From assembly GCA_024704765.1 (NCBI GenBank), contig JAKMXF010000142.1, positions 1 through 24,242 on the forward strand: 24,242 nt of DNA, in the 5' to 3' direction. This document shows, one piece after another, positions 10,752-21,000 of the stretch (its first letter is position 1; each line of letters starts with the position of its first letter). The position numbers and the translations under genes were made by a program. Origin of the DNA: Oopsacas minuta. Its lineage: Eukaryota; Animalia; Porifera. The notes below the pieces were generated by a model, which was not told the origin of the DNA, did no database searches, and was given only the letters and a program-made list of their open reading frames with translations.

Positions 10752-11207
10752 AAGTTCAGAGATCCCACATTTTCTATTCTGAAAGAAAAGATGCAAGCAG
10801 TTTCTGAGTTGATTCATTAAACATTTGAGAGAGAACTGAAAGGTAATGGGTACAACTTTATTCGAAATTTCTCCAGGAAATACCTGAGGTGTGTGAATCA
10901 TTGAAAGAGGAAGAACGGAATACAATATGCCTTCAAGCAGGTTTATCCCTGGTCGAACGTGAAAAGGAAATTGCAAACAAGATATCCTGGGTAAAGAATA
11001 TCAGCAGGCCAACAACAAAGGTACATTTTCTGCTCAACCATTTAGATGAGTTCTTAAACTAGTTAGCACTGGAAGGCAATACCCTATTGGTCTGGTTTTC
11101 TTTTCGGAGCAGGCGTTGGAAGTAGTCACAGTGATTTTACCAAATTTTCGAAGGAATATACAGGAAAAAGTAGTTTGCTAAGGGTAACCATAAAATATAA
11201 TGCATAA
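10752..11207 (+). pseudogene. Degraded DDE transposase C-terminus, Transib/Chapaev/RAG1-related
   Basis: Across frameshifts and stops: GYNFIRNFSRKYLRCVNH*, NISRPTTKVHFLLNHLDEFL (about 10997-11055) and GLVFFSEQALE + SSHSDFTKF (about 11089-11150, 1-nt deletion). Motif order and spacing resemble the T-K-x-H..H and SEQ..E..H region of this group. Recognised from memory, not by search. Confidence 0.5.
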
Positions 11208-11516
11208 ATAACATCAAAAAAGCAAGAAAGGAAAGTCTGTAATTGGAAAATATTAGTAGTGTAGAGTCTATAAACTCCTAATGTATAATAGTTGCATAAT
11301 GAATTCGGAATTAGCGTGGAATAATTATATAATCAGGAATAGCGAATAAGTAATCCAATGCGTAAAATATAATCTATATTTAGTATGTATATAGGACTTA
11401 TATCCGTTACAATGTATCTGTGGTTTCTATTCAAAATCAATTATTATTGTATAATAATACCAATGCATAAAGTGAATATTTTAATGCGCTACAAGTTCAG
11501 TCTAATATAGTGTAAT

Positions 11517-12156
11517 CAGTGGCGGACACTTGACGAAATGTTTGGGGGGTGAAATTAGTTGGGACTCATCACACTTTCAATATTCTTAGTCAGTGCCCCA
11601 ATCAATCTTCTTATTGCCAGCGGCTGATTTTGTGTTTACATGTATCTTTTGTATTTTATATTAGACGTATCGTATATCATATGAAAAGGACCCAACCTTT
11701 TCAAAGTTCTCGCCATCTCGAAGACCTTACATGTGGGTACCGCAACGGTGGAAAGGAGTTTTAGTGGATGAATCGCATATTAAGCTGGGCTCGAAGCAGC
11801 TTAGATTTTCGTTGGCCAGTGACTTTATGCTGCTTTCGATGAACAAAGACATTTTAAAAAGGCTAAATTGGACAAAGTGCTTGATCGTTGGGTGAATCAA
11901 AAGTCCGAGTTGCATCATTAAACTTTTTTTCCTTTATTAAGGCTTTTGAACACTTGAGGATTAGTAGTGTCTTTTCTCAATTTCGCTATATAATTATGCT
12001 ATTTTGGTGTTGTTGTTTCTATTACAATTTGTACTAACTCCTTCCACTTTTAAAGTAAAAGATTCCTTGTGTTTCCACTTATTTACTCAAATTTCTTTAA
12101 ACTTTATTCTTTCGAAATTATTGGGGGGTGGCCACCCCCCCTAGTGTCCGTCACTG
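11517..12156 (+). mobile_element. hAT deletion derivative, 640 bp, retaining a hATC dimerisation-domain remnant
   Basis: TIR CAGTGGCGGACACT / AGTGTCCGTCACTG. 8-bp TSD AGTGTAAT/GGTGTAAT (7/8). Internal KVLAISKTLHVGTATVERSFSG* followed by NRILSWARSSL and LASDFMLLSMNKDIL at about 11703-11880. Confidence 0.88.
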
Positions 12157-12694
12157 GGTGTAATATCATTGTATATAGCTAAAGAATATCTAAATATAAA
12201 AACATATGTTGCACAACATTTTTCGATAAAATTATTGCAAGTACCAGCGGCTTCCAAATCTCGATAAATCGAAAAAATTTATTATTGCTCGTCTAACTTG
12301 AATGGGAATTAGCATGAAGACTTTATTATAATGGTTATTCTAGAATCTAGAGCTATATTATATCCCGGTATTGAAAATTTTGAGTAGTGTTTTAGGCTTT
12401 GATAAACTAAATTATTACTAAGTCATTCACTTGTATCAACACATTTACAATGATCTACACATTTTGATATGAATTCTTGTATTACTAAATCTCACGGCAT
12501 AGTATATTTTTGGAAAATATAGAGATAGATTAGACTTCTAGATAACTCTCGAGTTACTTGTAACATAGTGATTCGTAGGCATAATTTGTGATTCATTTGG
12601 GGTAAGATGATAACCCTTTGCAAATAGGTATATTCAATAGAGAATCCTATTTGTTGAAAACATAATTGTAGGAGAAATTAAATTTTGTTTTAGA

Positions 12695-13195
12695 ATGGAT
12701 TTGAATGTGAACTTAGTTACAGGACGGTATTTACAATTGAAGCTGAATCAGCCATCTTCCCATGAGTTAATCCTTGAGAAGATATCTGATTTGACCAAGA
12801 TACCTCCCAATAAGCAAATGCTCGTGAAAAATGGGAAAGTGATTAAAGAAATCAACCCAATAGTGATCGAGAGCCCAGGAGATATCTGGCTCATTTCTAA
12901 AGTGAGGGCCGGCGTGATAGTACATGTAAAACTATTTAGTGGGGTAATCCTCTCTGTAGAAGTTGAATTGGACGAGGATACCATTTTCAATGTAAAGGAA
13001 AAGATAGCTGAGAAGCAAGATATTGAAACAAGTAAGCAAGCTCTATTCTTCAAAGATAGATCACTGGATGACGATGAGCTAAAATTATCTGCTGCTGGAA
13101 TTCAAAAGGGTGATGTACTGAATTTAATGTTAAAAACTGATGACAGCAGTGTAAGAGTTGAAGAAAAATCTTCCAGTTGTTGCTGTTTCCTATAA
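12695..13195 (+). CDS. Tandem di-ubiquitin-like protein with C-terminal CaaX (CCCFL), 166 aa
   Basis: Domain 1 (aa 1-73) keeps ubiquitin register at G10, K29, I30, I36, P37, P38, Q41, L43, G47 and K48, and ends KVRAG. Domain 2 has VK..G...EVE...DTIFNVKEKI..K..I...Q.L.F...L.D...LS...IQKG..L.L.L. The tail is SSSCCCFL*. A pyrimidine tract and AG just before the ATG suggest a 5'UTR intron. Confidence 0.88.
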   Translation: MDLNVNLVTGRYLQLKLNQPSSHELILEKISDLTKIPPNKQMLVKNGKVIKEINPIVIESPGDIWLISKVRAGVIVHVKLFSGVILSVEVELDEDTIFNVKEKIAEKQDIETSKQALFFKDRSLDDDELKLSAAGIQKGDVLNLMLKTDDSSVRVEEKSSSCCCFL

Positions 13196-14290
13196 ACTAT
13201 CGGGTCTCGAATTTGATTTATGTTGTCATTATAACCACAGCTACTATGCGATATTTTGTATTACATTTGTTAGCTCTTGTTCCTTTACTATGTCTTCAAA
13301 TTAAATATTACTAATTATTACTATATAGTGCGCTTGTTGTAAGGTAGCTTCACGACTGAGGTATATGCAAAATCAGAAGCGCGAACAGGTCCAGATTAAG
13401 GTAAGTGGGACCATATACCGTATGTGTAGGTAGGCTCTCACTTCAATTTATATTAACTAACTTAATAATATCAATTCAGGGCATCTGCATCAATCATGTC
13501 TGTAGAACCGGCACTTTTAGATACCTACCAAGTAGCGTGCCGTTAAGGGCCGTGTAATTGACTGCATTACTAATACTTACTTGCGCCAAATGAATTCCTC
13601 GGATTCAGGTCTGCGCCACCTAGCATCAAACACTGGCGGCCCCACTGCCGCCAAGCACCTAGATCAGTGGTTTAAAAAGTACACAGAGCATCCGCGTTAG
13701 GTACATGGTCTTAGACACATATTAGTTACATAATGAATATGTATTAGATAGATTAGTCATTACTGTTAAAATCTCTTTAGGTACATACTGTAATGACTGT
13801 GTATTTTGAGTATTGTTGCACAGTTCGTATTGTATGAGAGGTGGACTATCTGCTCTATGGAATGGTAGTTTCCCTACTCAGGTTACTATAATAAGGATGA
13901 AATTTGGCAGACTATGGTTTATGGTAGAGATGAAAAAGTACAAATTCTAGAAAGGGACGAATAAATGCTAACTTCGATAAAAACTATCCTCAAACATAAC
14001 ACAGGCCAACATTTTCTTGGCTGATAAGTTTAGACTATTTCTAGGGTATATCGGGGTCATTGAGTTCCAAAATGGCACTAGTTCTGGTCAATTGGCTCTA
14101 CTTTTCGTGATATTGTATAATTATGTTTTTCAGCATCCGTGAATCTGTGTTCACTGATACCATATAGTATGTATGTATTACCTTATAACTAGAATTGAAT
14201 GGACGTAATAAGCAGATAATTTGAGATATAATATGATCTGAATACTTANCATGAATAAATTTGGGTGTCATCAGGTATATAATGCATATT

Positions 14291-14377
14291 TAAAGCTTCC
14301 TCGGATTTAGCGACAAATCGGATATAACGACCTTTTTTGCCTGTCCAAACGAGTGTCGTTAAATCCAATGTTTACTG
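14291..14377. mobile_element. Very short pogo/Tigger-like MITE candidate
   Basis: CCTCGGATTTAGCGACA versus rc CATTGGATTTAACGACA; the right end is ...TTTACTG|TA; the left end is degenerate. Confidence 0.4.
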
Positions 14378-14383
14378 TACTCA

Positions 14384-14529
14384 AGTATGCTGAGTCTAAA
14401 TATTGTAAACGACATCAATATTATTTAATCTCAATTGTTGTTTGTCTGTTTTATTGTCCGTTGAATACCTCAAGGAGCAATGCGATGAGTTCATCGCGAA
14501 GCGACGAGCCAAAGGCTTGTATATTCTAA
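14384..14529 (+). repeat. Dispersed repeat (both family segments contiguous), ending in a hairpin plus CTAA
   Basis: Matches 564-645, then 171-227 (rc) and 18968-19024. Hairpin ACGAGCC-AAA-GGCTTGT is followed by ATATTCTAA. Confidence 0.65.
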
Positions 14530-15051
14530 ATGAGAAGCTTGAAAACGCGAAATTCGGATTCAGCGTACATTGTTACGCCATTGTAGTCGTTAAGAGCAAG
14601 TTTCTACCATTATTTCAAGATGTTAACTATTGTTTACTTGATAAAAACAACAATTTATTTACATATGATTAATTCAAAAGTGTGAAAATCGGATACAACA
14701 TATTCGATAGATTTAGTCAAGTTATATTGAATTCTGTTTAGTAACTTGCTAAACACGAGTAATGCAAAGTTATGACATCTCAGGGCTTGGGTATTCGAAT
14801 TGTAAACAACATTCCATAAATCCTTTCCTTGACAACAGACAAACAGACAACACTGGAAATTTAATAATATAGATTCAACACTTTTTCCAATACTTTTCTT
14901 TTATACACTAAACTAGGAAAACACAATGAGTAAATATTACAAATAATTGTAGAAACATAGATAATCTAACCAAAAAATAAAATCATACCATTACACCTTA
15001 TATAAATTTGGAGACACTTAGGAATCCAAGTATAGTACTTGTACAAGCTTA

Positions 15052-18000
15052 CTACATCATCAAACACTTCATCCCGGTTGTAGCCTGATTTTCTCCGTAG
15101 TACTTATTTTGGTACTCCTCCATATCCTTGATATAAGAAATAGGAGGCCATCTATTATTAATCACGAATGTAGCATGTTCTTCATCCAAACGCTGAACAT
15201 CTCCCTTAGACTCAAATACAGAATAATTAGTTGATATAAAGTGCAAACACCAACCAACAAGCTGTTTTGCATTATAGGCTTGTGCAACTCTTAGCAACTC
15301 TGGGAGATCAACGATTGATCCGGCAATACGCTCAGTGGTCTCTCTCTCTACATATTTTGTAAGCGCAAGTTCGCATCTAGCTACAAGGCGAGGTAAACAA
15401 TATTGATTAGCTGCCGACATTATTCCAACTAAATCAACTGATCCATCCACAACAGTAGTCATGGAATATATAAAATGGAGTAATTCACGAAATACTTGAA
15501 CTTCGATTTCTGTAATTTCGATCACATTAGATTGAGATTTGGCTAAATTTCCAATGAGCAAAGCTCTCAGTACTTCACTCCTTGCAACAATAACACATCG
15601 ATGAGCAGGAATTAGTTCTTCGCCTACTTTGAATTGCATATCAGAGAGTGTGGATTTACCAACAAATAATTCACTTGCAACCTGTAAAATAATAAAGGAA
15701 ATAAAATCAAATATTTTACTGAAAGAGCAAAGGCAGTTAGTGCACACACTCCATTATATCAAACTAATATCAATCTTTGCATTATTGCATAACTTTTGGG
15801 AGGCCTGCGTGGTCAAATACAACTCTAGTTAGCAATGGAAAGGATAAGTGTTCACACAGCTTCTCAAATCTATATTCAACTTAGCAGTGGCATACCCAGT
15901 ACGGCTGATGCGGTGTTTCTGTAAAACTAATCGCTCTGTTATACCATCTTTATCTCTTCGAAAATATACAATTCGTTAATAATTTCATTATTTTTATATA
16001 ATATAATGAATAGACAGTTTGTAAGTTTGATTCCAGCGGTACTAAGTTAACCAATGCAGCGAAGCAGGACCAATTACCAAACTGTTGCGCCGCTGTAGGA
16101 CAACAATTGAATACTGAAATTTATCGCCGTACAACTTTTCGAATGGATATGCCGCGCTTGTAGGAGGTGTAATATAGCAATTTTCGCATGCCTTGATATG
16201 TATTCCTACAGGTGGAACAATATTCGTGAACAGAGATACCAATCCTAGCGAAAATATGTTCCATTTTCGATTGATATATTTTAGATGGATTCGACGTCGA
16301 TTGCATTTCTTTGAAAATAATTTGTATATAGAAAGTAAAACTTTATTCCTCTAGAAATATATTAATATTAGGCTTGCTTATTGAATCAATTTTCGCTGGA
16401 CCAGGGATAAAAGGAAGTGGAATTGGTGGATTTATTTTACACATCTCTGGGATGGGAAATATAATATTCGCTGATAATAAGAAACTTTCACAATTTCATC
16501 CGAAAAATGTAATATTGATATGTAACAATTTCCAAAATTATTTGTTCATTTTATATTCATAAAACAACAAAAAATTTATAAATGATAAATTAAGAATGAC
16601 AAATTCGTAATTCATCATATGTAAATTTATTGTTGTTTTTATGAATATAAGGATATCTCTTACGAATGTGACGTAATCATGAATATGCATATAACTAGAT
16701 TCAACTAAAAGTATGGGTAAGTTATTAATACTGGTAAGAACCATAGAATCGAATTTAAGTGTTTACAATCGAATCTAAGGAAGAAAGAATTCGGAAATAT
16801 TTTGTAGAGGAAATACACAAACCTGTCCAGCAATTTCATTCATATAAGTAGAGATGCTAGGGTTAAGATCATCAGATTGATCCTCAATGTTTTGGCAAAA
16901 CTGAGACATTTTGGGTAATGAGAAGAAATCTGCAGCCTTTATAGTTTCGGGAATCATATCGTCTTGGTCCAAGATAAATACTGTACCAGTGTACAAAAAT
17001 TCTATTACCCTACGTAAGCCCAAATCTGAGAATATCTCACAATCTACCTCAAGTACTGGATATTCCTTACCATCAATTTCCTCAACTTTGAAGCTTATAA
17101 ATCCACTAACCCTACCTTCATTTATCATAGAAGCAGAGACACGTTGTTGTCCTTGACTCTCTGTATCGAGAAGTAATTTGGGTTTACCAACACGAAGTAA
17201 CTATGAAAAATAGACAATAAATATTATATTTAATAATGCTGAGAGCAATTAAACAATGCGATCGTAATCGTAATCAGAATTTTAATCAGTGGCGGATTTA
17301 GAGGAGGGGGCAATTGTCCTCCCCACCCCTTTTCCAGGAATAGGTGCCAAAACATATTTTGAAATTATGTGGTTTTGTTTACGATTATATATTCAATATA
17401 CCCGCATACATATAGTGTTATACACTATTGGCTGGTACTAGAATACAATAGACTCCGGTTAATAACGACCAAAATCTGGAATAAATGAGTTTCTTCTATG
17501 CGAGTCAACTGTATATATTCACTATCGTATAAAATGACAATTATAGCATACAGTAGAACCTCTATAAGTGGGGGAGGTTAGGCCGGCGAATCTTCAAATA
17601 ACCCCCACATTTCCCATTTATAATTTCTAATGTAAATGTCCTTAAGCTTAGTTTTTTTGAGTCAATATGCATAACCACTTCCTCCAACGACTGTTTTCCA
17701 ATGCTATTTGATTATAAGAATATGTCCAAAGATGTTGGATGAATTTTCTCCTGAGAAACCCAAAAAATTCAATTCATCATAGCGATAAATACGTGTATTC
17801 CTTCCAAATTTCACACAAGAATTGATTATTCAATAAAATTTGTCTTATAATTCCCCACTTAAAGATGTAATTTCAATGGTGTGAGGCATGATTTATCTAA
17901 ATAATGCCCCATTCCACATTCCCCGCTTATAGAGGTTCGTTTCTATGGAAATGAGTGAAGGTGGGCCAAAACCCCACCTATAGAGGTTTCACTGTATATT

Positions 18001-21000
18001 AGAGCTAAATTGTCCTGGAAAATGAGTGAACATAGCACTAGATGGATTTTTGGGTGTTTAGGAATGATATAAATTCTGGGGAAGTTTACCCTCCCAGACC
18101 TCGGATTATACAATTACTCGCTAAGCTCGCTTCTCCTTCCTTCCACAAATCCTGGATCTGCCACAGTTTTAATCATTGAGTAGCGTCGTAATCGTTCAAA
18201 AATCTAAATAGGAATTGACCCCAACTCTGATTCAGAAATTAACAAGCGGTCATATATCAGTAAACAGATTCACTGGTAAGATTGGAAAATTAAATAATAA
18301 ATTTACCTGTCTAAAGAAATGGCTATTACAGGCAAGGATAATTCTGTTGAGATAGTGGTAGTGATCCAGGCGTTTAATGATGAAATCTGAGGCTGTAGGA
18401 GATTCTAGCAGATACTTCATATCATGACCATATGTTATTAGAGGAATATTTATCCAAGGTGCTTTTCCTGCAGGTGGCATATCAGGAGGAGGAGGAATTG
18501 CAGCTTTGGCCGTTTCGTCAGTTTGTCGCCGCCAGAAAAAAGAAAACTTCCTACAAACATTAGGAATAAATGTATAATCAATATTATTAAATCAAAATTG
18601 TTGTTTGCTTGCCCGTTGTCAAGGAAAGGAATTAAGGTATGCAATTTTAAAATTGTCGCATAACTATATATTTATTGTGTTTATTAAGGAAGTAAATATA
18701 ATTCAATAAAACTTCACTAAATATATCGAATTTGCGGAATCCGATTTTCACACTTTGGGATTAATCATATGTAAATTTATTGTTGCTTTTATGAATATAA
18801 AGTAAACAAATTAGCCAAATCCCAAAATATACGTACAGCCTTGTTCTAAACGTCTGCCCAGGGGTAAGTAAGTACGCTGAATGCGAATTTCGCATTTTCA
18901 AGTTTCTCATATGTAATTTTATTGTTGTTGTTATGAATACAAAGTAAACAAACTTCAAAATTTAGGTTACCTCGAGGCGCAATGCGCCGAGTTCATCGCG
19001 AGGGACGAGCCAAAGGCTCGTGTATAATAAAACAAAGATTATATTGCAGCTCATGTTTGGAGGGAGCCACACGGAAGCAAGGTTTGTGATTTCCGAATGC
19101 ATGCATGTCCAAAGTATCATGGGAAAAATGTTCCTAAAGAAGTAACAATTTATACAAGGATAAATTAAAATGTGACATGGACACATGCCCAAGAATTCAC
19201 GATATTTAAAGATGAGCAAGATCAAAAGATAAAGAGTTCAAGAAGACATTTCAAGTGTAGTGCCTAGGAAGTAATACAATTCTGCACCCCATTTGGTAAA
19301 TACTCTTCAATGATGCGAGTGCAAGTCTTCAATAGGCTTAAAGACCTGAGACAGCGAATTGTGGGTCAATCGCGCTCATTCCCGCTACGCTCGTTCGCGC
19401 GAATAATAATTAAGGAGGTAAAGGGGACTACATGAAATTACTTTAAAACTAATGCTAACGCCAACTGCCCAAATTCGAGCTGTTGATGACTTGCTTGGAA
19501 GTTTAGTCGAGCTAATGACAACGCTAAATTCGACCTAACGCACCCCTTATTAGAATAATGGATTTTGTTTAATTAGATCAGAAAAGTCTCAATTCGGCAG
19601 ATCCTAATCATGGCTTACTTTTACACGATTGTGTATCCCACTGAGTATGCGAAAAATAGAAGCCTGATTTAGTTTATAATTTAAATATAAACCAATGCTC
19701 TTACCATTTGCCAAATATAATTTCAAGGGGCTTTTGTATATGAGGAATTCATTGAGACTGCTTAGCAAGTACTCACGGCCGCCCTTCATGTGGTTTAGGC
19801 TCTTCTTAACGATGACGTCACCATTTCAAAGAATTTAATCATTTGGAAGGATATTTTATTTAAAATAGATTTTATTTAAAATAGATTTTATATATTTTTA
19901 TAAAGTAATCTGAATGAATTATTTTACTATTTTTCTAAAAAAATAGACAAACACTCAGAACAATGTTTGAGCAAACGAGAGATTCATTATAGAGAATGTT
20001 GGGTATAACTAAACTGTAAATAACTTAAGAAAATGATCAAACCTTGCTGAAGCTGAAGAAGCCTTTTTCTGATGTCCATCAATGCCACATTGAATTGCTT
20101 TGTCAAAAACTGTACGTAAATTGGATTGTGTGAGAGAACTACACTCTAAATGACCTGATGCACCAGTCTTCTTGATAACTTCATCAGCATAGGTTGAAGA
20201 AACAAATCTAAAAAATATCAAATCACTGTTTGTGCCTAACTAATTTTAAATTATCTCAAGATATATCTGACCCAATCTATGCTTTCTAGTATATGAGCTA
20301 GATCTACTGTCTACCTCCAAAAGGACCCCACTCTTGGAAAATACTCCATCATAATTGTGGTACAGTACTAAGGGTTGGAAATCTAGACATATGTATATAT
20401 TTCTGGATGACTATTTCGCTATTAACAAATTATGAAAATTATCAGATTCGTAATTACGCACTCAATTATATCGCACATCGTCCATGCCATTAGGGGATTT
20501 CCCAATAGGAGCTGCACTAAAAATAGGTATACGTAGAGAGGTTCTGAATGGCCTGGGTAATAACGAACGGAATTCCGAATTTCGCAATTTATAGTTTTTA
20601 TAATATAATGAATTTTACTAGTACAGTGGAACCTGAAAATTACTACCACAGAGGGAGGGAAGATAAAATATGGCCGTAATTTCTGATATTAATGAGCTGT
20701 AGTGTAGTACAGTTTTTTGCAATAGAAAAACCCCATACTCTCATTCGAAAAGGTGACTTTCATTAATCCGAAAAATGACCTTTCCTCGAAGATAGAAAAG
20801 CTGAGCTATATGTAAGTTATTTGATTAATAATAGTGTCAATTAGTAGTTGAACGGGACTATAAAATATGGTCGTTAAGCGGGTTCAAATTGGATACCTTG
20901 AGCTCCGAGCTCATCCCGAAACTACGTACGAGCCCAAAGCTAATATAAGGCCATGTAAAATATATTACTTGTTTCTCAGCCATTTTTTTCTGCGAAATAA

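Noticed and set aside
16100-16170. YPFEKLYG resembling the gypsy integrase PFELLYG motif; IKGSG at about 16406-16420 resembling an adenain/Polinton cleavage site
   Set aside because: These are short matches with no supporting upstream DDE residues or other Polinton/LTR features.
18450-19789. ORFs 18450-18644, 18761-18958, 18962-19225 and 19604-19789 as extra RhoBTB exons
   Set aside because: The gene model closes in frame without them; they are off-frame or made of repeats.
20623-20893. Possible Tigger-like MITE (TA|CAGTGGAACC...GCGGGTTCAAATTG)
   Set aside because: The right terminus is too degenerate and no TA TSD can be confirmed.
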